This document shows positions 1-10,462 of a DNA stretch of 64,000 nucleotides, in pieces; the stretch's first letter is position 1; every line of letters begins with the position of its first letter. The notes under the pieces were generated by a model, which saw nothing but the letters and a program-made list of their open reading frames with translations, had not been told where the DNA came from and did no database searches. Location: contig CAWHFZ010000008.1 in assembly GCA_963828745.1 (NCBI GenBank), positions 224,723-288,722 of the forward strand, in the 5' to 3' direction. Source of the DNA: Vicinamibacteria bacterium (GTDB taxonomy: Bacteria; Acidobacteriota; Vicinamibacteria; Vicinamibacterales; JAENWD01). The position numbers and the translations under genes were made by a program.

Positions 1-1
1 C

Positions 2-319
2 AACCGCATCGTCGTGTTGAACCGCGGCCGCATCGTCGCCGACGGAACGCCAGCCAGCATCAAGCAGCAGGCAGCCGGGCGCCAGGTGCGGTGTCAGACA
101 CGCCTGTCGCACGAGGACCTGTTGGCGCTGCCCGGCGTCCAGCGCGTCGAGGACGAGCCACCGTATGGCGTCCGCCTGCTGACGACCGACGCGGATCAGA
201 CGGTGCGCGCGCTGCTGCGGCACGACGAGACCGCGTGCAACCTCGACGTCCGGAGCGTCGGACTCGAGGACGCGTTCCTGGCGCTGACCAGTAACCAGGA
301 CGACGGCGTGAGGCACTAG
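2..319 (+). CDS. ABC transporter ATP-binding protein, C-terminal fragment (gene begins upstream of window)
   Basis: The frame of ORF 14..319 is open from base 2 (NRIVVLNRGRIVADGTPASIKQQ...). This resembles the C-terminal region of ABC-2/CcmA-type ATPases, and an ABC-2 permease follows. Confidence 0.7.
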   Translation, partial: NRIVVLNRGRIVADGTPASIKQQAAGRQVRCQTRLSHEDLLALPGVQRVEDEPPYGVRLLTTDADQTVRALLRHDETACNLDVRSVGLEDAFLALTSNQDDGVRH

Positions 320-379
320 GCGGACCTGAAGGTCCGCCACATATCCCGATCCAGGCGGACCTGAAGGTCCGCCCTACAT
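319..379. repeat. Two direct copies of the GTAGG-type REP hairpin (GGCGGACC-TGAA-GGTCCGCC plus CCTACAT-like tail)
   Basis: Identical 20-nt palindromes at 319-338 and 354-373. The first overlaps the TAG stop of the ATPase gene. The pair lies between the ATPase and permease genes. Confidence 0.85.
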
Positions 380-408
380 ATCCTGTGCAAGGTTTGCCGA
401 GGGCCATC

Positions 409-1268
409 ATGACGACTGCGACTGCTTCGATCCTGGAACTGCCAACGCCGGTGCAGGCCGCGGCGCGAGCGGCTTCTCGCTGAAGACGTACGTGTTCGAG
501 ACGAAGTACGAATTCCTCAAGCTGCTGCGGACGCCGCACTACTCCGTGCCGGTGCTCGCCTTCCCGGTGATGTTCTATCTCCTCTTCGGACTGAGCTTCG
601 CAGGACGGAGCAAGCCCGGCGCGGCGTCGGCGCGGCGGAGTATTTGCTCGCCAGCTACAGCATCTTCGGCGTCGTGACGGCCGCGCTCTTCGCATTCGGC
701 GCAGGCGTCGCCACGGAGCGCGCGCTCGGCTGGCTGGTGTTGAAACGTGCGACGCCGATGCCGGTGACCGCCTATCTGTCGGCCAAGGTCGCGTCAGCGA
801 TGCTCTTCGGCACCGTCATCCTGATCATGATGGCGTTCTGCGCCATCGTGCTTCGGCGGGGTGCACCTGTCGCTCGGGACCTGGTTCACGCTCCTGCTGG
901 TCGTGACGCTGGGATCGATTCCCTTCTGCATGGCCGGCCTGCTGGTCGCCTTCATCGTGCCGCCCGCCGGCGCGCCCGGGCATCATGAATTTGATCAACC
1001 TGCCGCTGGCGTTCGCCGGCGGACTGTGGATGCCCGTCCAGATGCTGCCGAAGATGTTCCAGACGATCGCGCCGATCGTCCCGCAGTATCACCTCGGCCA
1101 GCTCGCGCTCGCCGCCGTCGGCGCCGCGCCCGCCGGCAATGCCGTCTGGCCACATCGTCGCGCTCGCTGCTCACGGCGCTTCTGTTCGGCTCCGCGTCGT
1201 GGGTCGCCTGGCGGCGCACGGACGCCGAGCGCCTAGCGGTTGCGGGGACCAGATGGCGCATTCGATAA
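409..1268 (+). pseudogene. ABC-2 type transporter permease, readable only across >=6 frame changes
   Basis: Membrane-protein sequence continues through ORFs 492..677, 644..988, 861..1268 and 985..1236, plus an ATG at 409 (MTTATASILELP...). Frame switches fall near 468, 620, 875, 985 and 1140-1160. No in-frame decay is visible between switches. Confidence 0.7.
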
Positions 1269-1281
1269 TCGGACGTTCTTC

Positions 1282-2378
1282 ATGAGCCCGTTCATCCACG
1301 AAGAGCGCGGCGTCGGTTGGTCGAAGTACCTGTGGCTCTGTCTACCTGCTGTTCTACTTCGCGTATCTGGTCGTGCTGCCGGCGACGCTGACCACGTGGG
1401 CACTCTGCACGCTTGCCGTCGCCGTGTTCCTGCCGCTCTATCTGTACGGATTCACGGTCGGCGGCACGCGGCTCGTCCTCGTCGCGCTGGCGATCTACGG
1501 CATCGGCTCGACCGTGATGCCGGTGAATCCCGGGCGCCAACTGCTTCTTCATCTACGCTGCGGCGTTCATCGGCTTCGCCGGCTCGCCGCGCTTCGGCGC
1601 CTGGTGGCTGGTCGGCGATGCTCGCCGGCATCGTGCTGCAAGGCTGGGCTGTTCCACTGGCCGCTCTACGTTTCGATCCCGACCTTCATCGTCGCCGGCG
1701 TCATCGGCGCGACCAACATCAACGTGGCCGAGCACCGGCGGCGAGGGCTCGAGCTGCGCGTCGCCCGTGAAGCGGTCGTCGAGATGGCAAGGATCGCCGA
1801 ACGCGAGCGTATCGGTCGCGACCTCCACGACCTGCTCGGCCACACGCTGTCGGTCATCGTCCTGAAATCCGAACTGGCGTCGAAGCTCGCCGAACGCGAC
1901 CCGTCGCGCGCGGTGCGTGAGATCCGCGACGTCGAGCAGATTTCACGCGATGCGCTCAGCGAGGTGCGCAAGGCGGTCCGCGGTTACCGGTCGGAAGGAC
2001 TGAGCGATGCGATCGGCAACGCCGAGCGCGTGCTGGTCGCCGCGGGCATCCGAGCCCCACGTCGACGTCGCGCCAATCGCCCTCAGCGCCGACGAGGAGC
2101 GGGCCCTGGCGTTCTCGCTCCGCGAAGCCGTCACCAACGTGATTCGCCACGCGCAGGCGCGGCAATGCTGGATTAGCCTGACGGCGTCGCCCGGACGGGC
2201 GGTGCTCGAAGTGCGCGACGACGGCAAGGGCGGGACCGCGCCCGATGGCAGCGGTCTTTCGGGCATGCGCGAGCGCTTGCGCCAGGTCGCGGGCACGCTC
2301 GAGCGCAGCGGCGACGGCGGCACGCGCCTGCTGATCACCCTGCCACGCGGTCGCGCGGCGACAGGACTCGCATCGTGA
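1282..2378 (+). pseudogene. DesK/NarX-like sensor histidine kinase (HisKA_3 + HATPase), frameshifted
   Basis: H-box ERERIGRDLHDLLGHTLSVIVLKSELA; ATPase motifs REAVTNVIRHA, DDGKG and GLSGMRERL. Frame switches fall near 1339, 1533, 1612, 1645 and 2051 (ORFs 1240..1770, 1373..2176, 2007..2378). Confidence 0.8.
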
Positions 2379-2978
2379 TCAAGGTCCTGATCGCGGAAGA
2401 CCAGGCGATGGTCCTCGGGGCGCTCGGCGGCGCTGATCGACATCGAGCCGGATCTCGAAGTGGTCGCTCAGGCATCGTCGGGTTCGGACGCCCTGAAAGC
2501 CGCACTGACGCTGAAGCCGGACGTCGTCGTCACCGACATCGAGATGCCAGGTCTGTCGGGGCTCGAGCTGGCCACGGAACTGCGGCAGCGCGGCAGCACT
2601 GCGCGCGTGATCATCCTCACCACGTTCGCGCGTCCGGGCTATCTGCGCCGCGCGCTCGACGCCGGGGCGAGCGGATATCTGCTGAAGGATGCCCCGTCGA
2701 ATCGCCTCGCCGATGCCATCCGCCGCGTGCACGGTGGCGGCCGCGCCGTCGATCCCGAGCTTGCCGCCGAAGCCTGGTCGGAGTCGGATCCGCTGACCGA
2801 TCGCGAGCGGCAGGTGCTGCGCCTGGCCGCCGAAGGCCAGGCCGGCGCCGAGATCGCCGAGCAACTCGAGCTGTCGGAGGGCACGGTCCGGAATTACCTG
2901 TCGGACGCGATCAGCAAGCTCGGCGCCAAGAACCGCGTCGAAGCGGCGCGGATAGCCCGCGTCAAGGGATGGCTGTAG
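2375..2978 (+). pseudogene. NarL/LuxR-family response regulator (DesR-like), one frame change near 2428
   Basis: MIKVLIAEDQAMVLGAL (ORF 2375) continues as LIDIEPDLEVVAQA... in ORF 2460..2978. Receiver residues DIEMPGLSG are present, as is a C-terminal LuxR HTH (LTDRERQVLRLAAEGQAGAEIAEQL). ATGA-type overlap with the kinase stop. Confidence 0.8.
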
Positions 2979-2979
2979 T

Positions 2980-5259
2980 CTAGAATTCCAGAAGCATTCC
3001 CGCAGACGGCACGAACGGGACGAGCGGCTTCACCAGCTGCCGGATCTCTCCATCGGGTGAGATGAAACCTGCAGCGGTCCGCCAGTTCGTCTTTCCCGTC
3101 ACATTCATCATTTCCACGAACAGCGTGAGCCGGCTTCTGGTGAAGGCGAACGTTCGCGTCCCGCGCAGATCGAGGCGGGCGTAGGCAGGCAATCGAGCGA
3201 TGTTCCTTCTATCGGAGACGATGTAACGCGCAGGCGCATCGTCGGGGACCGGCAGGCCCGGTAGCATTCAGCTCTTCGACATATCCGGTGATCGGGAAGT
3301 TCGTGGACGTCCGGAATTTTGCGGCGATCGCGGTGCGCTCGGACAGGCGGAGCTGGGCGAAGACCGACAGCGCATGGCGCTGATCGAAGTTCGCATCGTA
3401 GCGCTCGCCAGTCTGACGATTCTCTTCCCGGACCGTGCCGTAGCTGTACGACAGCCAACCGGACAGGCTGTTCGGACTTCGCCGGTGCAGCAGCAGCTCG
3501 ATGCCTGTCGCCCGCGACGTCAGCGCGTTCACGTAGCGAGTATCGACGCGTGGCGGCGTCAAATCACCGTCGACGAGGCGCCAGTCGTCGGCGGGCAGAT
3601 CGATCCCGTCGTGTCCGCGTCGCCAGTACCACACCGCCTGCGCGCGCATGAGCGTCCCAATTCTGCGCGACAGGCCTACGTCGGCATGACATCGCCTTCT
3701 CCGGCGCCAGATCCGGCCGTGCCGCGAATGCCGGTCACTTCGTTGAAGCCCGGGAACTGCCGATAGATCCCGGTCGCGCCAATGACGTCGGTCCCGTTCC
3801 ACACCGGCACCTGAGCCCGGAGCCATGGCGACGCGGTCGTCTCTCCAGTACCGCTCCAATGATCGACCCGGCCACCGGCGGCAATCGTCGACGCGCGCGG
3901 ACCCGACCAGCGCGCTTCTCCGAACGCTCCGGCCAGGGTCGAGTCGAGCCGTGCGTCCTGCCGCAGTTGCGCCGGCGCGCCGAAGTCGATGACGCGGCGA
4001 GACGCAATCTCGTCGTGGCTGCGCGCGACACTGGCTCCGGCATCGATCGACCAGCGCGACGCGGGCGCGACGGTCACATCGGCTCGCCATCCGGCCGTCA
4101 GCGACTTTCCCTCGTCCAGCACGACGCGCTGAAGGCTGCGACTGTAGTAACGCGCGCCGGTGACGCTGGCGCGCTGCGACACGACAATGCGGGAGCCCGG
4201 CGCGTAGTGCCATCCAACAACGCCGAGAAAGGCGTCGTTCCACGCGACAAGCGGGTTGTTCACGCCGACGCGCGCCTGCCTGGCGTGGAGCTTCGACCGT
4301 CCGACGATCACTGAGAGATCGAGCTTTTGCCGGGTCGTCAGGTCCCAGGCGAGCTTGCCGCCCAGGTCCGAGAATCCGAAGGCGAAGTTGTCGTCGTCGG
4401 ACACCTGCTTGATGAGGAGATCGAGGTAGCTCTTGCGAGCCGAGAGCAGCCAGGAGGCACGGTGCCCCATCGGTCCCTCGGTGATGATCGACGCGCTCGA
4501 TCCGCTGATCGCGAGGCGCCCCTGCGCGCGGTCGCGTGCGCCTTCGCGAAGCGTCATCTCGACCTGGGCGCCAGTACGGTTGCCGAACCGCTGCGGGTAG
4601 CTGCCGTTGAAGAGCGCGACACTCTCGAGCAGATCGCTGTTGATGATGCCGATGGAACCGGTCTCGTCAGCGCCTTGAACGGTGTGGCTGAGAAAAGGAC
4701 TGGCAACGCCGTCGATGGCGAGTCCGATGTGCGAAAAGTCGGCGCCACGCACGGAGAATTCGGCCGCGAAATCATCGGTAGCGGCGACGCCCGGGAGGAC
4801 CTGCAGCGTTCGCACCGGATCGTCGAGGACCAGGCCTCTCAGATTCAGAAGGTCGGCGCTGTTGAGCAGTTGCTGGGCGGGAACCGCAGCTTCGGCCTGG
4901 CGAAACGGATCGCCGACGACTTCCACCCGTTCGCTGTAGGGGCCGGTACCGCCAACGAGTGGGATCAGGATGTAAATCGAGCCGCCAGCGCCGACCTCGA
5001 CTTGACGTTTGTACGCCGCATATCCGACCACTGAAACGCTGAGAGTTCGCGTTCCGCTGGGAATCGCGTCGAATCGGAAGCGGCCGGCGGTGTCGGTTTC
5101 AACGGACGTCGCGTCGCTGAGGTGGACCGGGATTTTCGACAGCGGGAGGCCGGTCGCCGTGTCCACGACCTGGCCGGTGATGGCGCCCGTGGACGGCTGC
5201 CCGCGCGCCGCCGAGGCAGTCAGCAGCGCGCAGGCAGCAATAAGGAGGATTCTCGGCAC
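2980..5259 (-). pseudogene. TonB-dependent receptor with N-terminal carboxypeptidase-regulatory-like domain, two frame changes (~3262, ~3695)
   Basis: GTG start at 5259 with signal peptide (VPRILLIAACALLTASAARGQ). CarbopepD_reg-like ITGQVVDTATGLPL...TDTAGRFRF. Plug/barrel sequence continues through ORFs 3676..5631, 3209..4243 and 2980..3267 and ends in a terminal Phe. Confidence 0.75.
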
Positions 5260-5303
5260 CCGGCGTTGGCCGAGCTGACGCCCGGCGCTGGCGTTCGAAC
5301 CGA

Positions 5304-6188
5304 TTACGTCAAGGACGTCAGGTATTGATAGCTCTGTTTCAGGCTCGCAAGCGGATCGGGCGAATGATCCTGCTCGACGAAGTAATGTTCGACCTTGGCG
5401 GCTTCGGCAGCGGCGAGCACTGCCGGGAAATCGACGGCGCCCGAGCCGACTTCGACGAACGTCTGCTTCGGGACCGATTCGTCCAGCGCGGTCGGCGCGC
5501 CCTTGAGCTTGTCCTTGAGATGCACCAGTGCGACACGGCCGGCGTACTGCTTCAGCGCCGCCACAGGGTCCGTTCCGGTGATGCTCACCCAGAAGACATC
5601 GAGCTCGAGCTTGACGACCTTTGGATCGCACGCGTCGAGCATGATGTCGAGCGGCCGCTTGCCGTCGGGGAGCGGCGCGAACTCGAACGCGTGGTTGTGA
5701 TAGGCGAAGCCGAGGCCCGCCTTGGTCACCTGCTCGCCAGCGGCCTGCAGCTTCTTTCCAAACTCTGTGAACCCGGCAGCATCCCTGGGACGGTCGGGTG
5801 GCGCCACATACGGGATGACGAGGTATTTCGCGCCCGCCGCTTTACCTTTCGCGATCGCGGCGGCGAGGTCGTCGCTGTTCGGCCTCGGACCTTTGGTCAG
5901 GAGAGCGCTATCGAGGTGGATGCTCACGGGCGCGAGGCCGTATTTCTTTGCCAGCGGCACGGATGTCTCGAGCGATCCATAGACGAGCTCGATTTCCTTG
6001 TAGCCGATGTCGGCGATTGCCTTGATCGTCGCGTCCGGATCCTTCTCGAACCGATCGCGCACCGTGTAGATCTGCACGCCGAGAGTGGACGGCGCCTTCG
6101 CCAGCAGCCGTGCGGCGGCAGCGGCACCGACGCCGGCGGCGGCGAGCATCTGGAATACTTCACGTCGGGTCAGGCCGTTGTCGGTCAC
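5304..6188 (-). CDS. Sugar phosphate isomerase/epimerase (xylose isomerase-like TIM barrel) with twin-arginine signal
   Basis: 294-aa intact ORF. TRREVFQMLAAAGVGAAAAA resembles a Tat signal. Family-typical IGYKEIEL, AYHNHAFEF and HLKD motifs. Confidence 0.75.
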   Translation of the reverse strand: MTDNGLTRREVFQMLAAAGVGAAAAARLLAKAPSTLGVQIYTVRDRFEKDPDATIKAIADIGYKEIELVYGSLETSVPLAKKYGLAPVSIHLDSALLTKGPRPNSDDLAAAIAKGKAAGAKYLVIPYVAPPDRPRDAAGFTEFGKKLQAAGEQVTKAGLGFAYHNHAFEFAPLPDGKRPLDIMLDACDPKVVKLELDVFWVSITGTDPVAALKQYAGRVALVHLKDKLKGAPTALDESVPKQTFVEVGSGAVDFPAVLAAAEAAKVEHYFVEQDHSPDPLASLKQSYQYLTSLT

Positions 6189-6279
6189 AGGGCTTCTCCA
6201 CAGGACAAGGACGAATCTCGCGGGCTGGCAGGCCGCTCTCGCATCCTACACGGCCGCGCGCTGGTCGGACAACCCGACG

Positions 6280-6933
6280 TCACCCAAGGCGATCGAGCAG
6301 CTGTTGGACGTGCTCCAGCTCGTCGCGATTCACGGTATGGCCCATTCCCGGATAGAGGACCTCGGTCACGTCGCCGTCATTGGCGCGAAGCACGTCGGCC
6401 GATTCGAGTACGCGCGCGGCGGGAATGTGGTCGTCGACGTCGCTGCAACCGAGGAAGACCGGTGTTCGATCCAGCGCGCCGTCCCGCGGCCAGGCCGTGC
6501 CAGGCGGTCCGATGAGCCCGCCGCTCAGGCCGGCAACCGCCCCATATCGAGCGGGATTGCGGACGACGAACTCCAGCGCGAGGCACGCGCCTTGTGAAAA
6601 GCCAGCCAGAAAGATGCGATCGCGCGCAATGCCCGCGTCCACGGCCCGCGCGACGAGATCGGCGACGGCGCCGAGGGCTGACGACAACCAAGGCTCGTTG
6701 GACGCGATCGGCGCGAGGAACCGGTTCGGGTACCAGGTGTGCGCCGCCGCCTGCGGCGCGAGCCACGTCACGTGCGGCGCACGGAGCGAGTGCGCCAGAT
6801 CGAGAATGCTGTCGGCGGTCGCACCGCGCCCGTGCACGAGGATGCCCACGACAGGCGCCGTGCCGAGCGACGGGCCCTCGGTGAGAATCGGTTGGCCGTG
6901 ATGGGGGCCCGGACTGCGCAGCGTGAGACTCAT
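6280..6933 (-). CDS. Phospholipase/carboxylesterase-family alpha/beta hydrolase
   Basis: 217-aa ORF with nucleophile elbow GFSQGA, a downstream Asp (CSDVDDHIP) and His (GMGHTV). Confidence 0.75.
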   Translation of the reverse strand: MSLTLRSPGPHHGQPILTEGPSLGTAPVVGILVHGRGATADSILDLAHSLRAPHVTWLAPQAAAHTWYPNRFLAPIASNEPWLSSALGAVADLVARAVDAGIARDRIFLAGFSQGACLALEFVVRNPARYGAVAGLSGGLIGPPGTAWPRDGALDRTPVFLGCSDVDDHIPAARVLESADVLRANDGDVTEVLYPGMGHTVNRDELEHVQQLLDRLG

Positions 6934-6956
6934 CCCTGCATGTTAGGCTGACCGGC

Positions 6957-7763
6957 GTGCGCGACGCACGCCGAGCCTTCCGAAATCTTTCCGCGCGGGT
7001 CGCCGCGAGCCTTCTGGCGCTGGGCCTGCTACATTCCGCACTCGCTCGCGCCTCGGTGACACGCTCGATCACTCGCCTGGATATCCGCGGGCGTGCCCAG
7101 ACACTTCAGATCTATGGGATGCCGTCGCCAGATATCGCCCTGCTCTCGAGCGGCGACGGCGGCTGGGTTCACCTGGCGCCGCATGTCGCCGAAGCACTCG
7201 CCGCTCGCGGTTGGTACGTCGTCGGATTCGACGCGAAGAGCTATCTGGAGGGATTCACGGCCGGTGGGAAGGCGCTTTCGGAGCGGGATGTTCAGAAGGA
7301 CTACGCGCGACTGATCGACTTCGTCACTCCCCGCGATCGCGATCGCCCGATTCTGATTGGCGTCTCCGAGGGCGCCGGCCTGTCCGTGCTCGCCGCCACC
7401 AACGACGTCGTGAAGCGCCGCATTCAGGGAGTCGTCGGCCTCGGCCTGCCGGATATCAGCGAGTTGGGCTGGCGCTGGCGCGACATGCTGATCTACGTGA
7501 CGCACACGGTCCCGAACGAACCAACGTTCAGCGCGGCAAACGTCATCGGCCGCCTGGCGCCGGTGCCGCTGGCCGCCATCCACTCGACGCACGACGAGTT
7601 CGTTCCACCGTCGGAGATCAACCGCGTCATGGCCCGGGCCGGAGAACCGAAGAAGCTGTGGATGGTCGAGGCCGCCGATCACCGCTTCAGCGACAACGAA
7701 GGCGAATTCGATCGTCGTCTGTTCGAAGCGTTGACATGGATCGGCGCTCACGCGTCGCGGTGA
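6957..7763 (+). CDS. Secreted alpha/beta hydrolase, VirJ/AcvB-like
   Basis: 268-aa ORF with a signal peptide. SGDGGW motif, GVSEGAG nucleophile elbow and C-terminal ADHRF, as I recall for the VirJ family. Confidence 0.55.
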   Translation: MRDARRAFRNLSARVAASLLALGLLHSALARASVTRSITRLDIRGRAQTLQIYGMPSPDIALLSSGDGGWVHLAPHVAEALAARGWYVVGFDAKSYLEGFTAGGKALSERDVQKDYARLIDFVTPRDRDRPILIGVSEGAGLSVLAATNDVVKRRIQGVVGLGLPDISELGWRWRDMLIYVTHTVPNEPTFSAANVIGRLAPVPLAAIHSTHDEFVPPSEINRVMARAGEPKKLWMVEAADHRFSDNEGEFDRRLFEALTWIGAHASR

Positions 7764-7777
7764 ACGCTCGGCGTGCG

Positions 7778-9088
7778 TCACGCTCCGAAGACGATCGTGA
7801 ACCGTGTCGGTCCGCCTGGCGCCCCCTCGAGCGCGTAATCCAGGTCGTGGTTGACCAGAATCTCCTGCACGAGTGTCAGACCAATCCCCTGCCCGCCTTC
7901 CTTGGTGCTGAAGAACGGCGTAAACAGTTGCTCGCGCACCTGCGGTGAGATACCCGGCCCGGTGTCTTCGATTTCGAGTACCGGACTGCCGTCGCGAGCG
8001 AACAGCCGGAAGGTCAACGTGCCGTCCCGGCCGATCGCCTCGATCCCGTTTTTGGCGATGTTGAGCAGCGCCTGCTCGATCTGCGCGCGATCGATCGACA
8101 CGGGCGGCACTGCCGGCTCGAGTTCGACGCGCAGGGCGATGCCGAGCGGCTCCCCCTGGCCGCGTGCCAGCGACGCGACATCGGATACGAGCGCCGCGAG
8201 ATCGACCTCACGCCGCGCCGGCGCGCGCAATCGGACGACGTCCGCGAAGCTGCGCATGAACTCGTTCAACTGCGCAGTACGTCCGATCACGACCGCGATG
8301 GCACGCTCGAAGTCTGCGCGGTCGTCGATCGCGAGCTGACTGGCGTAGCTGAGGCAGGAGTTCAGCAGCGAATTGGACGCGCCCACGGTGTTGTTCACCT
8401 CGTGCGACAACATGCGAATCAGCTTCTCGTATGCCGCTTTTTCCGACTGGCGCAGCTCCTCGGTCAGCTCCTCGAGCAGATAGAAGCTGCGGCGGAAGCC
8501 GCGGTCCACGAACGTCCCGTGCGCGGCGCGGACGCGGCGGCCGCCCCAGATCGTCACGACGCGGCTCTCACCCGCAGTCAGCGCATCGAGTTGCGCCACC
8601 AGTGGACGGTCGATGCTGGCGAACGCCGCGCCGACGACGTCGGCGCCACGCGTCTGCAGCAGGCGCGCCGCCGCCGGATTGATCAGCTCGATGCGCCGCT
8701 CGAAGTCGAGGACGAGGATGCCTCCCGGAGACTCACGGAGGACGCGCGCCAGAAACTGGTGCTGCTCTTCAATGCGTACGCGCTCGTCGCGCAGCGAGCC
8801 GACCATCCGGTTGTAAACGCGAACCAGCCGATCGATGTCGGGCTCGCCGACCTCGCGTACCCGCGACATGAAATCGCTGTCTTCGAGCAGCTGCGCACTG
8901 TCGCGGACAAAATCGAGGGAGCGCGCAAAGCTGCGCAATAGCCCCAGTCCGAGGGCGAAGGAGATGACGAAGACGAGCTCGGCGGCAAACAGCCACAGGC
9001 GATTCGCGGCGATCAACCAGGCCGCCAGGCCGGCGAGCAGAAGGTGCAGAACGATCAGGTAGGTGAGGAACCGCGCCCGGAGGCTCAC
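7778..9088 (-). CDS. Sensor histidine kinase (TM-HAMP-PAS-HisKA-HATPase), NtrB/AtoS-like
   Basis: 436-aa intact ORF. H-box LSHEVNNTVGA; N/G boxes NIAKNGIEA, DTGPGI and GGQGIGL. GTGA overlap with the upstream regulator. Confidence 0.85.
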   Translation of the reverse strand: MSLRARFLTYLIVLHLLLAGLAAWLIAANRLWLFAAELVFVISFALGLGLLRSFARSLDFVRDSAQLLEDSDFMSRVREVGEPDIDRLVRVYNRMVGSLRDERVRIEEQHQFLARVLRESPGGILVLDFERRIELINPAAARLLQTRGADVVGAAFASIDRPLVAQLDALTAGESRVVTIWGGRRVRAAHGTFVDRGFRRSFYLLEELTEELRQSEKAAYEKLIRMLSHEVNNTVGASNSLLNSCLSYASQLAIDDRADFERAIAVVIGRTAQLNEFMRSFADVVRLRAPARREVDLAALVSDVASLARGQGEPLGIALRVELEPAVPPVSIDRAQIEQALLNIAKNGIEAIGRDGTLTFRLFARDGSPVLEIEDTGPGISPQVREQLFTPFFSTKEGGQGIGLTLVQEILVNHDLDYALEGAPGGPTRFTIVFGA

Positions 9089-10452
9089 ACCGGGATCTCG
9101 TACTTCTCCAGACGGCGATACAGCGCAGCCCGGCTCAGGCCCAGCGCCTGCGCGACCTTCGAGATGTTTCCGGCGTGATGCTTCATCGATTTGAGGATCA
9201 TCGCCTTCTCGATCTCGTCGATCGTCATGCTGCCGACGGGTGGAAGAACGTCGCGCTCTGCCTCGGCCGGCTGCACGTCCATTGTCTGCTTGAACGCCGC
9301 GGCGTCAAGGACGCTGGTCCCGCTCATGAGCATGGTGCGCTCGATCGCCTGGCGCAATTGCCGGATGTTCCCCGGCCACGGCTGCGCCACGAGATAGCGC
9401 AACGCATCCTCCGTCAATCGCGCCGATGCGCGATCGTACGCCTCGCCTACGGCCTGAACGAACCTCGATGCGAGGATGCGAATATCATCCCGGCGCTCGC
9501 GCAGCGACGGCAGGTGCAGCGTGATCAGGTTGATGCGGTAGAGCAGATCCTCGCGAAACTCCCCGCGCTGAACCATCTCGGGAAGACTGCGATTGGTCGC
9601 CGAGATCACCCGCACGTCCACCGTCCGCCGCTGGCTCGATCCGAGGACTTCGAAGCTGCGATCCTGCAGCACGCGCAGAAGCTTGACCTGCGACGCGGCA
9701 TCGAGATCGCCAATCTCGTCGAGGAAGATGGTGCCACCGTTCGCGAGCTCGAAACGTCCCTTCCGGTCCTGACGCGCGTCGGTGAACGCGCCGCGCACGT
9801 GCCCGAACATCTCGCTTTCGAACAGCGACGACGAGATGCCGCCGAGATTGACCTTGACGAACGGACCGTGGCGACGGCGGCTGTTGCGGTGGATGGCGTC
9901 GGCGACGAGCTCCTTCCCCGTGCCGCTCTCCCCGGTAATCAACACGGAGGCATCGGTGGCGCTGACCCGACCCGCGGCCTGGAGGACCTTCAGCAGGCGC
10001 GGGTCTTCGCCCACGAGGTCGCCAAAATCGAAGGCGGCGTCCAGATCTTCGCGGCTCGGCGGCAAGTCGGGCGCCGCCGGCACCGCGGAAAGCGCCAGCG
10101 CCGTTCGGACGGTCTGCAGGATTTGCTCGTTGGTCCACGGCTTGGTGATGAAGTCGCTCGCTCCGGCCTTCATCCCGCGGACGGCGAGGTCGATCGATCC
10201 CCAGGCCGTGATCAATACGACGGGCAACTGCGGGTGCGCGGCACGGATGGCGGTCAGCAGCGACAATCCTTCTTCGCCCGTCGTCTGACGGGTAAAGTTC
10301 ATGTCCTGCAGCACGAGCTGACAGAGATGCGATGCCAGCCACGCCTGCGCATCTGCCGGATCCGACACGGCGTGCGAGGCGAATCCCGCCTGTTTCAGCA
10401 GCAGCGAGAGCGACGCAAGCACCGAAGGGTCGTCGTCAACGATCAGAATCAT
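9085..10452 (-). CDS. Sigma-54-dependent response regulator (NtrC/AtoC family enhancer-binding protein)
   Basis: Receiver (MILIVDDDPS...), AAA+ Walker A GESGTGKE, GAFTDA sigma-54 contact loop and a C-terminal Fis-type HTH. The true ATG is at 10452. The ORF-track N-terminal extension to 10626 reads through a repeat. Confidence 0.9.
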   Translation of the reverse strand: MILIVDDDPSVLASLSLLLKQAGFASHAVSDPADAQAWLASHLCQLVLQDMNFTRQTTGEEGLSLLTAIRAAHPQLPVVLITAWGSIDLAVRGMKAGASDFITKPWTNEQILQTVRTALALSAVPAAPDLPPSREDLDAAFDFGDLVGEDPRLLKVLQAAGRVSATDASVLITGESGTGKELVADAIHRNSRRRHGPFVKVNLGGISSSLFESEMFGHVRGAFTDARQDRKGRFELANGGTIFLDEIGDLDAASQVKLLRVLQDRSFEVLGSSQRRTVDVRVISATNRSLPEMVQRGEFREDLLYRINLITLHLPSLRERRDDIRILASRFVQAVGEAYDRASARLTEDALRYLVAQPWPGNIRQLRQAIERTMLMSGTSVLDAAAFKQTMDVQPAEAERDVLPPVGSMTIDEIEKAMILKSMKHHAGNISKVAQALGLSRAALYRRLEKYEIPV

Positions 10453-10462
10453 GCGCGTAAAT

